From Eledone cirrhosa (lineage: Eukaryota), in the NCBI GenBank assembly GCA_964016885.1, contig OZ024740.1:278256001-278320000 (forward strand): a stretch of DNA of 64,000 nt. The letters run 5' to 3'. This document shows positions 44,290 to 59,155 of the stretch, one piece after another (position 1 is the first letter of the stretch; each line of letters opens with the position of its first letter). Position numbers and translations under genes: made by a program. The notes below the pieces were generated by a model. It was not told the origin of the DNA and ran no database searches. It saw only the letters and a list, made by a program, of their open reading frames with translations.

Positions 44290-44615
44290 AGGAAAATGTA
44301 TGACCCCGAGGGCAGAGCTCATATAGAAATAGCTTGAGCTCTGCCGTCGGAGTCATACATTTTCCTATTACCGACTCTACTACCCTAAGTATTGAGTACT
44401 CTGGTGCGTTATGGTCCATCTGGTTCCTTACCGCAACTCCTTCGTTATATATATATTGTTGTGGTAAGGAACTAGATGGACCATAACGCACCAGAGTACT
44501 CAATACTTAGGGTAGTAGAGTGGGTAATAGGAAAATGTATGACTCCGACGGCAGAGCTCAAGCCGTTTCAACCGCTATTTCTATATGAGCTCTGCCCTCG
44601 GGGTCATACATTTTT
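44290..44615. repeat. Nested palindrome of repeat family H
   Basis: The whole block is an inverted duplication about ~44445, and each end is itself a hairpin (AAAATGTATGACCCCGA...TCGGAGTCATACATTTT). Confidence 0.88.
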
Positions 44616-44632
44616 CTCTATATATATATTTT

Positions 44633-44684
<52 letters not shown>

Positions 44685-44989
44685 GAGAGAGAGAGAGAGA
44701 GAGAGAGGAAGAGGTGGGGATGACATCACTGGATGTCTACGCATGCAAAAATAGCATCCAAATGTCTCTCAAACCAAAACATAAGGCCTTATATTAGAAC
44801 AGGAAACATTGGATAATGTTGTCCTATATATTTTAAAGGATTAAATAACAAACACAGACACGTATAAACAGGCCTCAGGTACGAAAGATATCTCTCTTGC
44901 TAGGATTAGTTTGTGCAGTCTTAATATAGCATGGATTTTAAATGGGAGAGGGGTGGACTGTTTTATTTAGGTTTATGTATACTGATACA

Positions 44990-46070
44990 GGCTGAACAGG
45001 ACACTTAAGTCTTTACATACAATCTCTCTAGTGCTGGTGACACGAAAAATGCACCCAGCCTGCAGTGTAAGGAGGTTGGTGATAAGAAGGGCATCCATTC
45101 AGAAAAAAATTGCCTAATTGCGAAAAGCACAACCTAGAGGATTAATATCAATTATGTTAGTGTTACGCAATGTATTAGGGCGGTTTACTAAGACATGTGC
45201 GTGATGAAAAGAAGCCACAGCAAAACTACATGCAATACAAGCAAAGAGTATTGATATAATTTTTCTGTGTAGATAATTATGAGGTGTGTGGACTATGCAC
45301 TCTACTAGCTGTTAAATGGATAGATAGGTTTTGAGGTAGTTAGAGTAGTAGAATTATCAATCTGAGAATAGTCATGGGTGATAGAATGACAACTATCACC
45401 AGGTATGTACAACAATATGACTAAATTATAAAAGGGCCGTTTCTGTAAGGATTCTTACAGACTTCAGTTACTGATGACGGAAATCTCAGCATCCTGACTG
45501 GCGATATCAATGGACATATTGGACTGAAACCGGATAGCTACACAGAATTACATGGTAGTTATGATTATGGCTCTAGAAATGAAGATGGAGCAAGGCTCCT
45601 AGAATTCTGTGATGCTAATGAACAATGAGCAAGACTAGCTTCAGGAAACCGGCCCGTTGCCTGATCGCCTACCAGTCAGGCGAACCTGCAAACCAGGTTT
45701 TCGTTTAACTCGTTAGAAAACATGATAGGCAAATGGAAGAATGCACCACACAAAATAAGATATCTATTAGTGATATCAGAATAAGCACTGGAAAGAACAA
45801 GAAAGGCAGGATTATCTAAAGGTTAAGTGTGTTAAAGGACCTCTCCGTTAAATATAGGTTAGGAAAGGTTCTACGTGATGCGTACGACGAGTGGGAGAAA
45901 GAGATCGGTACAAATGACATAGTGTAAATGACAATTGTAAGTGCCTACGTGACAACCTACTGTGATCTACTGACGATACTTGTGGCTGGACAAGTCATCA
46001 GCAAAACTGGTGGTGACCTGGTGGTGGCATAGCACCAGGGATAGAGCCATTAAAGCTAAGAGAGAAATGG
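44990..46070 (+). mobile_element. Decayed RTE-clade LINE 5' region (AP-endonuclease)
   Basis: ILTGDINGHIG, HGSYDYGSRNEDGARLLEFCDANE, later WWH..RDRAIKAKR. Confidence 0.75.
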
Positions 46071-47397
46071 AAACTCAATTGAATAGAATGATAAGAGAAT
46101 TTGTAGTCGTTTTTTGTTGATCATGGGGTTGCAGTTTTCAATTTAGTTGTTGTTGCTTAGACTTACGTAAGTTGTGAATAAGCAATGCTACCATCAAAAT
46201 CATTTCAGCTGTGAGCATCGCATCTTATTTTCAGACATTATATCTTACACTATCTGTTGTGTTCTCTTTCTTTTAAAAATGTAACTGTTTGATTTGAAGG
46301 AAGATACAACTACTATATTTTAGTATATTCAGTGACAATGTAGAAGCATCCACGTTTTTTCGTATATCGATAGATGTAGGAGAATTAAGCAATAAAGTAT
46401 TTATCCAGATTGTTACATTGCATTTTGTATTTTCAACCTACATTCCTATATACGCTAGAAAGACATTTAAATCGTACCGTGCCTAAGCTCTATGCACTAA
46501 GGTTGATGTCAATACTGACGTGTAATTGTTCTTTCTCATCTTGTTTTCATTTGAATGAGATAATGCAGGATATTCCTTTCATTCGTATGCCTCTCCTCTC
46601 CGAATAACTGCTTTATTTTCGTATTTTTACATGTGCTCCAGAGATAAATCAATTCATTATTTCAAGATTATGGAAGTTCTTTCCCTCTAAACCAAAAAGT
46701 ATTTCCATATCAACATTTGAGAAAATGTTTGAGAAAATATAGAATTACCAAATGTACAATTACCTATTTCATCATCATGTTGTTAATAGTATTTGTCACA
46801 TCATAAACGTTAAGTTTACAATCAGGAATATTTTTAACGTCAATTGTTTCAGCTCCTAAACTGACTATGACCCTTCAATGCAACACAAATTGATGGGTGG
46901 TTTGGAAATGATTGGTTAAGTTATATTCTAGTATTAGACTGTGTAGTAACCAGTATCAACAGAAAATATTGTCTAAAAGTAATTTGAGTTGATTTCACTC
47001 TTTCTCTAGCAATATCTGCTGTCTTTCTGTGTATCTGCGTACTGTTTATAACCAGTTGGCGACTACACCAGTGATCCGATCCTGATGAAACTTTACACAC
47101 ATGTTAAGCTAATATTCAAAAATAGGACTGGCTAATTGGATTTCAATAAAAATCAATAATGGAATCCCTAGGGAAATCTTTACAATGGAGGAGGAAAGAG
47201 AAGACGTGTCAGTGAGAGAGTTGGAAGAGGAGATACTACTACTGTATGTTACCCCCCCCCCTCCCCACTACTCCCCTTCCTCCTCCCACAACTCAGTCCT
47301 CCAAAACGAGGCAACAACTTATTACCAATATACATAAAGAAATTTCAAACAAAGCAGACGACAATCTAATTTTGGTTGACGACTGAACAGATGTCTC

Positions 47398-47428
<31 letters not shown>

Positions 47429-47531
47429 ACGTTATTCCGAGTTGAATCGGAGGTAACCACAGTAAGTAAGGTACTCAATACATAGCAGAGTATAAAAGTT
47501 TTAATATAGATGAGATTCTACAGGACTAGAA

Positions 47532-47663
47532 CTGTTTCATTCTTTAGAAATCATCAGGAATCTCCTGATGATTTCTAAAGAATGAAACAATTTAACCCCG
47601 GTGGCAGAGCTCAAGCCGTTTCGACGGCTATTTCTGGACTAGTCTAGAAATAGCCGTCGAAAC
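47532..47663. repeat. Two adjacent short palindromes, each made of hammerhead parts
   Basis: TGTTTCATTCTTTAGAAATCATCAGGA atc TCCTGATGATTTCTAAAGAATGAAACA, and GTTTCGACGGCTATTTCTGGACT/AGTCTAGAAATAGCCGTCGAAAC. Confidence 0.85.
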
Positions 47664-47687
47664 ATTTTCCCATATATATATAAATAT

Positions 47688-47802
<115 letters not shown>

Positions 47803-49015
47803 AAATCGTATGTTGACGAATATTTGTACTCCCGGCATGTTAATTGTAACATGCCGTCTTTGAGAGTAGAGTAAATTTTGTCGATATTTCGAGGTGTCGG
47901 GTCGTGAGAAGATTAACACGAATTAAGAAGATGCAACTCTCCCCCATTATTGACACTTTGCAACAGTGAATGTTACAAGGCCCTCTTTAGGGCCAACACT
48001 TCTGATTGTTTATCCGACTTATTATGGTGTGATTTCTCGAGTTATGTCTACTATAGGGGAAAAACAGGATGGTTTTATTGAATTGCTTCGGTTATTCGAA
48101 GGGCTTTACAAACGATGATATACAGGGTACTTGAACAGTACGTGAATATGTTCACACGGTTATAATTTCTTCAATAATTGCGATGACTTCCTCAATTGTT
48201 CTGTGTTTGTTCTTGAGCGCTAAGGCAGTAAGTTTGTTATTCTTATACATATGTTTGTTGAATAAGTTCGATACCCTTCAAGCTCAAACTTCCCCGGCTT
48301 ATTCACTCCGAATGAAGAAAGCTGGATGGAAGAATGGCTTATAACTTAAACAGCTATTGATAGTTCCATATAAAAAATTGATCTGCAATAAACACACCTA
48401 GCAAAGGTTGCTATTGAAAATCCAGTATGGGCACCCAGGGTCACTAGCATTTTCAGGCGCACTATGGGAACTGCGAATAACCCCACCTTTGCCAGGTATT
48501 ACCGGGTACTGCAGCTAGTTTTGAATGAAATAGTTTGATTAAGAACTCTCATGCACGTGAAGTCATCGATTTTTTTTTAAATCTAAGGAAGGCATCCCAA
48601 GATAGTAGAATTAAATAAGATTCGCCCTCAGCATCCTCCCAAAGAAAACATGTGACATCATCGTGAATATAATTAACCCTTTCGTTACGTTACCATATTC
48701 CTAATGAAAGACACAGCCTGTGATTTTTAAAGAATTTTGAAAATGATCAAGAACTTGGAGTATTTAGTGATATAACTAACTTTCTCATTAAGCTGATATT
48801 CAAGGGATAACTTATCAGTGGTTCTTGAATAAAACCAGGATGGAAGTTTTGTTTTTAGATAAATATAAATATTTTAAAACAAACATTGAGTATCATAGAA
48901 CGATGGACAGGTTAAAGCGGGTTGGTGTCAAAGGAGTGAATGGCATCATAGGTCACTAACTTTTCCTTCAGAAGTGTGATGTAGCTGTGAGATCGCCACC
49001 TACTACTTCTCAACA

Positions 49016-49190
49016 TTGGCAGCATAGAGTTATGGTTCTTCATGATCTGAGTACAAATCCCGCCGAGGTTAACTTTGCCTTTCATCCTAAAATAAAACGC
49101 CAGTAACGTACTTGAGTCGATTTAATCGACTTTCCCCATGCCCCCCCCAAAAAAAAATTACTGGCCTTGTGCCTATACTAGAAATCAATA
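49016..49190 (+). mobile_element. SINE family A long form with internal deletion
   Basis: Core and tail match the family. Confidence 0.75.
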
Positions 49191-49985
49191 TTATAGTCTA
49201 ACTTTTAATAATTTTATGAAAGCCATCCTTGACTTGTCTCTTTTCAAAATCATTCTCAGAATTCCATGAATTAAATTCTAAATAAGATGCTAAACCAAAT
49301 TCTGTGTCAGTTTCTTTTGTTGTAGGAGTATAAATAACATTTATACTTAAATAACATTTACTTTTTCTATATAAATAACATTTACTTTTTCTTCTCTCGT
49401 TTTGTTTTATGTGATTTCTTTTTCATTACAATATGTCTTTCAGAAGTATTAAATCCGTCCAAATAAAAAGAAATCCCGGCGCACACATACATACCTCTCT
49501 ACATATATATATATGTGTGTGTGTGTGGGGGTGGGTGGGGTGGGGGGTGTCTGTGTGTCTGTCTGTCTGTCTGTGTGTGTGTGTGTGTATGTCTGTCTGT
49601 CTGTCTGTCTGTCTGTGTCTGTGTGTAGTTAAAAATACAAGTATTTGAACTGAGAATTATTTCAGGATTACGAAGTGGTGGCAATTCCCATTTCTTATGA
49701 GGATATTTTTTCTTTAAACATGTATTCTATAATGAAATAATTACATAAAACAGATTACCTTAACTGTGCAAATATACCAATGAATGATTTCTCATCATCG
49801 GCTGGTATACGTTTAAAGAATATCATATGTAAATATTTAACCGCACTCGCTCGGTGTAACCCTTAACAAACGTTAATTAATTTTGCTATTATATTGATTT
49901 TTTTTTCTAACAGTATGTTAAGTGTGTATGCATACACGTGTGTATGTGTGTATGCATACACGTATACAATACATGTATTGTAAAA

Positions 49986-50520
49986 TAATTGTTTCTACTT
50001 TTGGCACAAGAACAGCAATTATCCCAGTGCATTACTGGTGCTATATGTTATCGACTCCGTATGGATGAAAGACAAAGTTAACCTCGGTGGGATTTGAACT
50101 CGGACCGTAAAGGGCCGTACCTCCATACAAAATATGGTGTACGACCCTCTACCGATAATGCCACTCTACCAATCTGTATGTATCGTAAAATAATTGTTTC
50201 TACTTTAGGAACAAGGCCAGCAATTATTCCAGTGTATTACTGGTACTTTATTTTATCGACCCCGTAAGGATGAAAGGCAAAGTTAACCTCGGCGGGATTT
50301 GAACTCAGAATGCCAAGGGCCGTAACTCTATGCGTCAAAGCATCGCGTCCAACCCACTACCGATACTGCCAATCCAGTAAAATAATTGTTTCTACGTTAG
50401 GCACAAGGCTAGCAAATAACCAGTGTATTACTGGTACTTTATTTTATCGACCCCGTAAGGATGAAAGGCAAAGTTAACCTCGGCGGGATTTGAACTCAGA
50501 ATGGCAAGGGCCGTAACAAT
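49986..50520 (-). mobile_element. Three head-to-tail SINE family A copies
   Basis: ~49986-50165, 50190-50375, 50381-50520. Confidence 0.9.
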
Positions 50521-50902
50521 CCAGTAAAATAATAACTGTCGCTGGTTTCGATTATGAGTATCCAAATCTGTTTTGTATTCAAAGCTTTCCGCGAGTTCGT
50601 AAGTCTCAGAGAGATTTCGCGTGAAACAATGTGACAAGACTTTGAATTATAATTACAGCCCATCAATTTCACACAAAAGATTTGGATGGATGCTAGGCTA
50701 TCGTAAATGATACTTGCCCATGATACCACAGATTTCGGACCCGGAACTTTATGAGTGCCAAACGAACTTCTTTAGAAAAAACAAATACGCAAACATCATA
50801 ATTTATATGAAATTAACTGGAATTAATTCTGTGATGTTCACTCGAACTACTGATGAAGTTTCCTCATTCAACCGACTAAATCTATTTCTATTTTATTTTC
50901 AT

Positions 50903-51990
50903 TGGTGGATTGGCAGTATCGGTAGAGAGTCGGCCGCCATGCTTTGCAGCACAGTTACGTCCCTTTGCGGACTGAGTTCAGGTCCCGCCGAGGTTAACTT
51001 TGCCTTTCATCGATAAAATAAAGTACCAGTAATACACTGCGATAAATGCTGGCCTTGTGCCAAAAGTAGAAACAATTATTTACTACTTCGGATCGGACGC
51101 CATGCTTTGATGTATAGAGTTACGGCCCTTGCCTTTCTGAGTTCAAATCCCGCCGAGGTTAACTTTGCCTTTCATCCTTACGGGGTCGATAAAATAAAGT
51201 ACCAGTAATGCACTGGGATAATTGCTGGCCTTGTGCCAAAAGTAGAAACAATTACTACTTCGTAGTAACGGTGGATTGGCAGTATCGATGGAGAGACTGA
51301 CGCGATGCTTTGCAGCATAGAGTTACGGCCCTTTATGATCTGAGTTCAAATCCCGCTGAGGTTAACTTAGGCTTTCATCCTTACGGGGTCGATAAAATGA
51401 AGTACCAGTAATACACTGGTGTAATTGCTGGCCTTGTGCCAAAAGTAGAAACAATTATTTACTACTTTGAGGGCAGTCGATTAACAGAATCGGTAGGACT
51501 TCGGACAACATGCTTTATGGTACAGAGTTACAGCCCTTTGCGTTCTAAGTTCAAATCCCCCCATGGTTAGCTTTGCCTTTCATCCTTACGGGGTCGATAA
51601 ATAAATGACCAGTAATGCACTGGGATCGATTTAATTGACTTTCCCCTCACCCAAAATTGTTGGGCTTGGTTAACTTTGCCTTTCATCCTTACTGGGTCGA
51701 TAAAATAAAGCACCAGTAATATACTGGGATAATTGCTGGCCTTGTGCCAAAAGTAGAAAACAATTATTTACTATTTCAAGTGATAAAGATTGGCAGAATC
51801 GTTAGAGCGTGTAACAAAATGCTTTGCAGCATTTTGTTATGGCATTTTATATTCTGAGTTCAAATCACGCCACCGTAAACTTTGCCTTTCATCCTGCTGG
51901 CGTCGATAAAATGTAATACCTGTACAATACTGGTTGACTTTTCACTTCCCCACAATTGCTGTTCTTGTGCCTAAATTGCAAACCATTATT
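50903..51990 (+). mobile_element. Six head-to-tail SINE family A copies
   Basis: ~50903-51080, 51092-51253, 51270-51457, 51472-51665, 51668-51765, 51785-51990. Confidence 0.9.
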
Positions 51991-52463
51991 CATTACAGCA
52001 GCCACATCGATGTTCACCAAATTGTCTCATTTCAAGTCTCGTCTAATTTTTTCAACTTTCATTCATCTCTTGTTTATTTCTCATATTTTATATTCATACA
52101 TATCTTCTTGTGGATCAACATATAATAATCATTAGCTTATATTATTGGTCTGATTAAAAGTTTTAGTGCAAATCTATACAATCTCAATATTATTCTGATT
52201 GGTTTCCATGTGTAGAATTTACAGACACCTCGTCTCCTGTCCGTAAGAATTAAGAGCCTCTCTTGGTGATTTTTCATAAACGCAGAAATTGACCAGCGAT
52301 GTTATTATCGACAGACTAGTAACATGCTGTCTCTGTCATCTCCTCTCTGTCTGTCTGTCTCTCTTTCTCTCTCCCCCCCCCTTTCTTTCTCTTTCTTTTT
52401 CTTTCTTTCTGTATATGTATGTTTATATGTATATATATGTAAGTATACACATGCACACATACA

Positions 52464-52659
<196 letters not shown>

Positions 52660-52790
52660 TACTTCAATATATATATATATATATTAATAAAAGGAATTCC
52701 AACTTTGTCTGATTTACTCGTTTTATTTACAATCCTTCAAAATTATAATGATATTATAATGAAATAGTATGGTAGAATAATAAGTGTTAA

Positions 52791-52830
<40 letters not shown>

Positions 52831-52860
52831 GGTTGTCCTTCCTGTTCCGTATAACCATGC

Positions 52861-52900
52861 CCGAGCTGAGGATCCGCTAAGGTGAAACAATTGTTTTCGG
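52861..52900 (+). ncRNA. Minimal hammerhead ribozyme motif
   Basis: CCGAG-CTGAGGA-TCCGCTAAGGT-GAAA-CAATTG-TT-TTCGG. Helix I can extend via ACCATG/TATGGT. Helix II is very short. Confidence 0.62.
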
Positions 52901-53064
52901 TATGGTGAACTAACTGTTGTGTAACCACTTCTACCTAACTCATCCCATGGACTGAGTGCTCTACCACTACGGATATTACCTTCCAGTATTCTACCACTAT
53001 ATATATATATATATTTGTTTTGCAAGGTTTTTTATATGAAATCGTATGTTGAAACAAATATTTT

Positions 53065-53690
53065 TATATTTGGCGAGGGTCATATTTTCATAATATTGCC
53101 AGAAATAATAATAAAACGCACTCCTTGTTTGGTTTGGATAGGGTTTCGCTTCTGTATATTTTATATCCCTATAGTTTATTTAGCTGGTAATCAATTTCAG
53201 TTGCTTCTCTGATTTGTCAATCTGTTAAGTCATTTCTATGTTTAGATATTATTTTAATTTTTATGTTGTCTATATTACCATCATGTCTTTGTCTGGCGTG
53301 TTCATATAGTACCGAACCATCTTGTTGTTCTTTTACTTCACCCAAGTGTTGGTCTATTCTCTCCCCTATGCTCCGAGCTGTTTCACCTATGCATGTCGTT
53401 GTCATGTTACTGCAAGTGCCTTCTGTAGCTATAGACTACATTTCTAGTTTTACAATTTATTTATTTTACAAATAGATAGTAAAACTAGAAATGCAGTCTA
53501 TGATAGACTATATATATAGATATGTATAACCGTTGATCAATCAATGATAAACATTGATTGCCAGCTAAATAAATTATAGGGACATAAAATATATAGAAGC
53601 AAAAACCAATCCAAACAAACAGTGAGGGTGTTTCATTATTATGTCTGGCAATATTATAACAATATGACCCACCCCAAATATAACAATATA
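53065..53690 (-). mobile_element. Internally deleted PLE copy (GIY-YIG fragment) with inverted terminal segment
   Basis: MTTTCIGETARSIGERIDQH matches the 13.6-kb element. 53520-53690 is an inverted copy of 53065-53190. Short fold-back at ~53432-53500. Confidence 0.85.
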
Positions 53691-53714
53691 TATATGTGTG
53701 TGTGTGTAAGTATA

Positions 53715-53745
<31 letters not shown>

Positions 53746-53760
53746 GTGCATATATATATA

Positions 53761-53831
<71 letters not shown>

Positions 53832-53958
53832 GAATATATGTATATATATATACATGTGTATATATGTATATGAATATATGTATATATATATATACATGTA
53901 TATGAATATATGTATGTATATATATTATACATATGTATATATATTATACATATATGTA

Positions 53959-54042
<84 letters not shown>

Positions 54043-54567
54043 CACACACAGACACACAGACATATTGCTACAATTTATATATAGACGTTTACACCCTCGC
54101 ATTCAATTATGCACACATCTTAGCATGTTTCTCTCTTCAACTGCTGAAAAGCTTTCCTGGTCTAATTTGACGCCACTTTCGAAACTTAAGAAGGCTTACG
54201 GTCATTCGTGGCATTTCGCCCCTTTGCATTTATCCATTTTTTTCTTTCCATGCTTTTTCTTTCTTATTATCTTTATTTTCCTCTCAGATGAAAGAATTTA
54301 GCTCAAATTGATCTGTTCTAATCTATTCAAGCGTTAGATGAATGCCATTGTCATTCTATTTCCGTATGCTTTTTATGTACTTTTCTGCAACTCTTGATAA
54401 AACAAAATTATACACACACACACACACACACACATACACATATACACACATACACACACACATATACATACATACATACATACATACTTACATACATACA
54501 TACATACATACATACACACATATATATATATTTATATATATATATATATAAATATATACATATATAA

Positions 54568-54687
<120 letters not shown>

Positions 54688-55434
54688 GACACATGTGTTG
54701 ATATATATAAAAATAGTAAAAAAGAAAAAAAGACAGTATTAAATGCTAAAGGGATTTTCTCTCAGAATAACATCAAAATCTTTATTTACAAAATAGGGAT
54801 TTCCGCATTTCATTGTACCGGTTTCAGCTTACACGCTTTTTCAACGACGGAAGTGTATAATGCAATTAAATTGTATAATAAGAAGAATAATATGTAGGGG
54901 TCAAATAATTTGCTTTTTACATACATATTTAGGGAGAATTCACATTTTTGTCTGTAGTTTTCTTTCTTTCTCTTTTAGTGTTGAGCTTAGCCTTACCAAC
55001 AGTGGTGGGATCAGTTTCAGCTGTCGGCTTCGACTCCACTATCTATCTGCTCCTCAGACTGGTGATGTGACAAAAAATATATATTTTTGTTGTGGTATGT
55101 GAGATGAAAAGGTATATATATAAGGATCGGCACTATGTGGGTATTGTGATGTAATTCGTGGGGCAGCTATGCAGGTGTGTATTCACAGATATTTATGTGT
55201 GAGTTTGTGTGTACGTGCGAGCATGTATTAATTCGTGTGTGTGCGTGTGCGTGTGCGTGTGTGTGTGCGTGTGTGTATGTAGATGCCGCGTGAGTACGTA
55301 TTGGCGCGTGTTTGGACATTCGAAAGACTGGCTTTGGTGTAAACAGGAAGCTGAAATAGAGGGTGATCCTATTGGCGGCGGGGTGTAGTAGTTTATCGTA
55401 CCATTAATGACAATTCAATTTGTGTGTGTGTCTT

Positions 55435-55486
<52 letters not shown>

Positions 55487-55618
55487 CAGACAGAGAGACA
55501 GAGAGAAGGAGAGAGAGAATTATTAAGGCATGTTGATACATCAGCGTCATACCATGTACGTACGTTTCGTTAGCCCTGAGGACCTACTTATTCAACCTGT
55601 GTCGATGAAAATACCTAA

Positions 55619-56383
55619 TTTGTGGGAATACAAACAAGATAGACAAAAAGAAATATTTTATCTAAACTAGCTTATATATAGATCTCCCTACCATGATTTC
55701 GTTTGCGGATGAATCCTTATTGGAACCACCAATAATTGAAGAATACGCAATAATCTTCAAAACCTAATTGAAATTGACCAAGAAATCATACATACTGTTT
55801 CATTTGATGAAGATAAAGATGTAAAAAGAAAACTTACAATACTGTTGATAGGTTGATATGCTAGGTGGAGGTTGGAGAGTAGAGTGTGGGCCTCAGGTCT
55901 CTGCAAGTAGATTCTTGGGGGAAGTGTGGGTGTTTGTGCAGATGTGAATGGTGGGGAAATTATTTATTCATCTTCTTTGTTTTACATTTACATACGATAT
56001 ATTTTACGGAATCCTTTTCAGTCCAGTTCTGCTGAGTATAAGTTTAACACAGGGATGGGATGATAAATCTTTCTCAGAAATGGGTTGAAAGGAAATTTCG
56101 ATGAAAAGGTTGGGTAGAGGTGAAAAACGTTTACATGGCGTATTAAGTTCAAATACGCCGAGGTTAAGTTTGCCTTTCATCCTTATGGGGTCGATAAAAT
56201 AAAGTACCAGTAATGCACTGAGATAATTGCTGGCCTTGTGCCAAAAAGTAGAAATAATACTATGTGACAGGCTTATAATTCTGCTAGAATTTTTCTGCAT
56301 ACGAAACCATGGTAGGGATATTTATATATAAGCGGGTTTAGATAAAATATATTTTTTGTCTATATTTTTTTGTATTCCCATAA
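55619..56383. repeat. Segment bounded by ~95-bp imperfect inverted repeats, with an internal SINE A (56143-56258)
   Basis: TGGGAATACAAA...TATCTAAAC...CCCTACCATG (55619-55715) is mirrored at 56290-56383. Confidence 0.75.
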
Positions 56384-57248
56384 GTAGTTTTTCTCACTTA
56401 AATTTTAATATATAATATTGCTTCCCTGAGTGATTCCTCTTATTGAGATGTTTAAGTATTAGAGACTAATTAACAATAAATTAATTAGAGACTAATAAAC
56501 AATAATTAATAATAAATTGCTCCTTAATTTCTCGAGTTGTATCAAGTGATCTTTCGGCTGCTATTTCTAGCGGCATTATAAGCCTGTCACCTTAGGCATT
56601 CTACATTAAGGCTTAAACAAGCAAAACCTAGAGACTGAAATCGAAACAAATTTACATGACAGAATTTCCCAACATTTTACCATCATAATAATACTTTTAG
56701 ATCTATTCCAATTGTATGACTTCTGGATTTCAAACTTTTCACGAAACGTCATATATCCACAATCATTTTACATTTCATGAAATATTTCTAAAGTGAAACC
56801 TTTTTGCTATCGGTGGGGTGAAGATGGCGAATTGGCAGAGTAGTTAGAAGGTCAGATAGAATGTATTATGCTATTAGTTCCGGCTCTCTGAGTTCAAATC
56901 CCGCCAAAGTCATCTTTACCTTTCATCCTTTTGAGGTCGATGAAAGGTACCAGTCTAGTACTAGGATCTTGTTCCATATCTCTTTCACATTTCCTCTCTC
57001 TTTCACTTTCTATCTTTCTCTGAAAACTATTATTATTTTTTCTTGCTGCATGATCTACAACTAATTAAGCACGAATATTTTATCATGAAATTGATTCTTA
57101 TTTCCAATCTTTTTTTCTGTTATCGTTTTGAAATTATTATTTATTTCGATGTTATTCCACACGGATAATTCATAGCTGCAGAAGAAAAATTTACAAAACT
57201 ATTCGTTTTATACTATGCTCTCATAAACACGCACGTTCATGTACACCC

Positions 57249-57745
<497 letters not shown>

Positions 57746-58217
57746 AACGTGGATTATTTATATATAAGATACGTTTTACTAACTACTTATAGCAGATGTG
57801 TTAAACCCCTTAATTTTGTATCAATTTTGTTACTACTCAATTTCTACAAGTTTTTTTTCTATTCTCAACTTATTAACTTGTAATTGTAAGATAGTATTGT
57901 GATTTTTTTTTTATTCATTTCTCACTATCTAACTTTATATATTGTTTTCTTTCTTTCTATTATCTTTTATTGTCTCCTACTCTCATTCGATTTACCTATT
58001 CTATAACCTCCCTCCTCCACTTCATACACTATCCTTAGAATCTGGTGTATACATATCACTTTCAACGCTTGACCGCTCCACTCACTCCCCTATTGTTCTA
58101 CAGGCAAGTTCAGCCACCCCTACCTCCCACCAAATGCCATGTTAGACTTAGTTGTGTTTACAACAAATTTTAACCAATCCTCTTGACGACTACAATCTTC
58201 CCATATAAGGTAGTAGT

Positions 58218-58314
58218 ACCCCTTTGACAAGTTCGGCTATTTATTCACCAGGCTAAAAATTCTAATTTAGTCCAGAAATAGCCGTCGAAACGGCTTGAGC
58301 TCTGCCGTCGGGGT
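58218..58314 (+). ncRNA. Decayed full-length hammerhead of repeat family H
   Basis: ACCCC-t-TTGACAA-..CGGCTATTT...AAATAGCCG..-GAAA-CGGC ttgagctct GCCG-TC-GGGGT. Core is two substitutions from CTGACGA. Confidence 0.55.
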
Positions 58315-58326
58315 CATACTTTTTCC

Positions 58327-58377
<51 letters not shown>

Positions 58378-58475
58378 GGAAACGTGGATTATGTGGTATA
58401 AACATTATGGCGAATTTCTATCTTTCTATCTTAGATTAAATTGAAATATATATATTGAAGTATATGTGAATATTA

Positions 58476-58510
<35 letters not shown>

Positions 58511-58727
58511 TCCTCTACTACAATCTTCTTACACCACCGTCTTCTTCTCACCTTTCTATTTTTCACTCCCACCCTAGTACCTTCAATATGCCCAATCTCA
58601 AATCTTTTCTCCGGCAACTCTATTCTACGCTCAAGCGCTTCCTGCAAACTCTCCGCCCTATATCTAAAGATATTTTTTTCCAATTCCAACCCGCCCGTCT
58701 CCTCAATCTATTTTATTTATCATTCTT

Positions 58728-58762
58728 TCTTCTGCGAAGGACTAACGTCCGAAACGTTAAGA
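58728..58762 (+). ncRNA. Minimal hammerhead-like motif with 1-nt core deletion
   Basis: TCTT-CTG(-)CGA-A-GGAC taac GTCC-GAAA-CG-TT-AAGA. Confidence 0.55.
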
Positions 58763-58851
58763 CCCTTCTCCTGCTATATCAAGCGTTAACCTAATATATC
58801 CCTTCCATATACTGTAGCGATTGTGTTGTTATTTCTGTTTACCTTTTACTA

Positions 58852-58910
<59 letters not shown>

Positions 58911-58920
58911 GCCACACACG

Positions 58921-59087
<167 letters not shown>

Positions 59088-59102
59088 CTACACATATATA
59101 TT

Positions 59103-59149
<47 letters not shown>

Positions 59150-59155
<6 letters not shown>

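Noticed and set aside
50705-50790. Candidate short minus-strand exon between the SINE trains
   Set aside because: Needs a non-canonical GC donor and gives no recognisable peptide.
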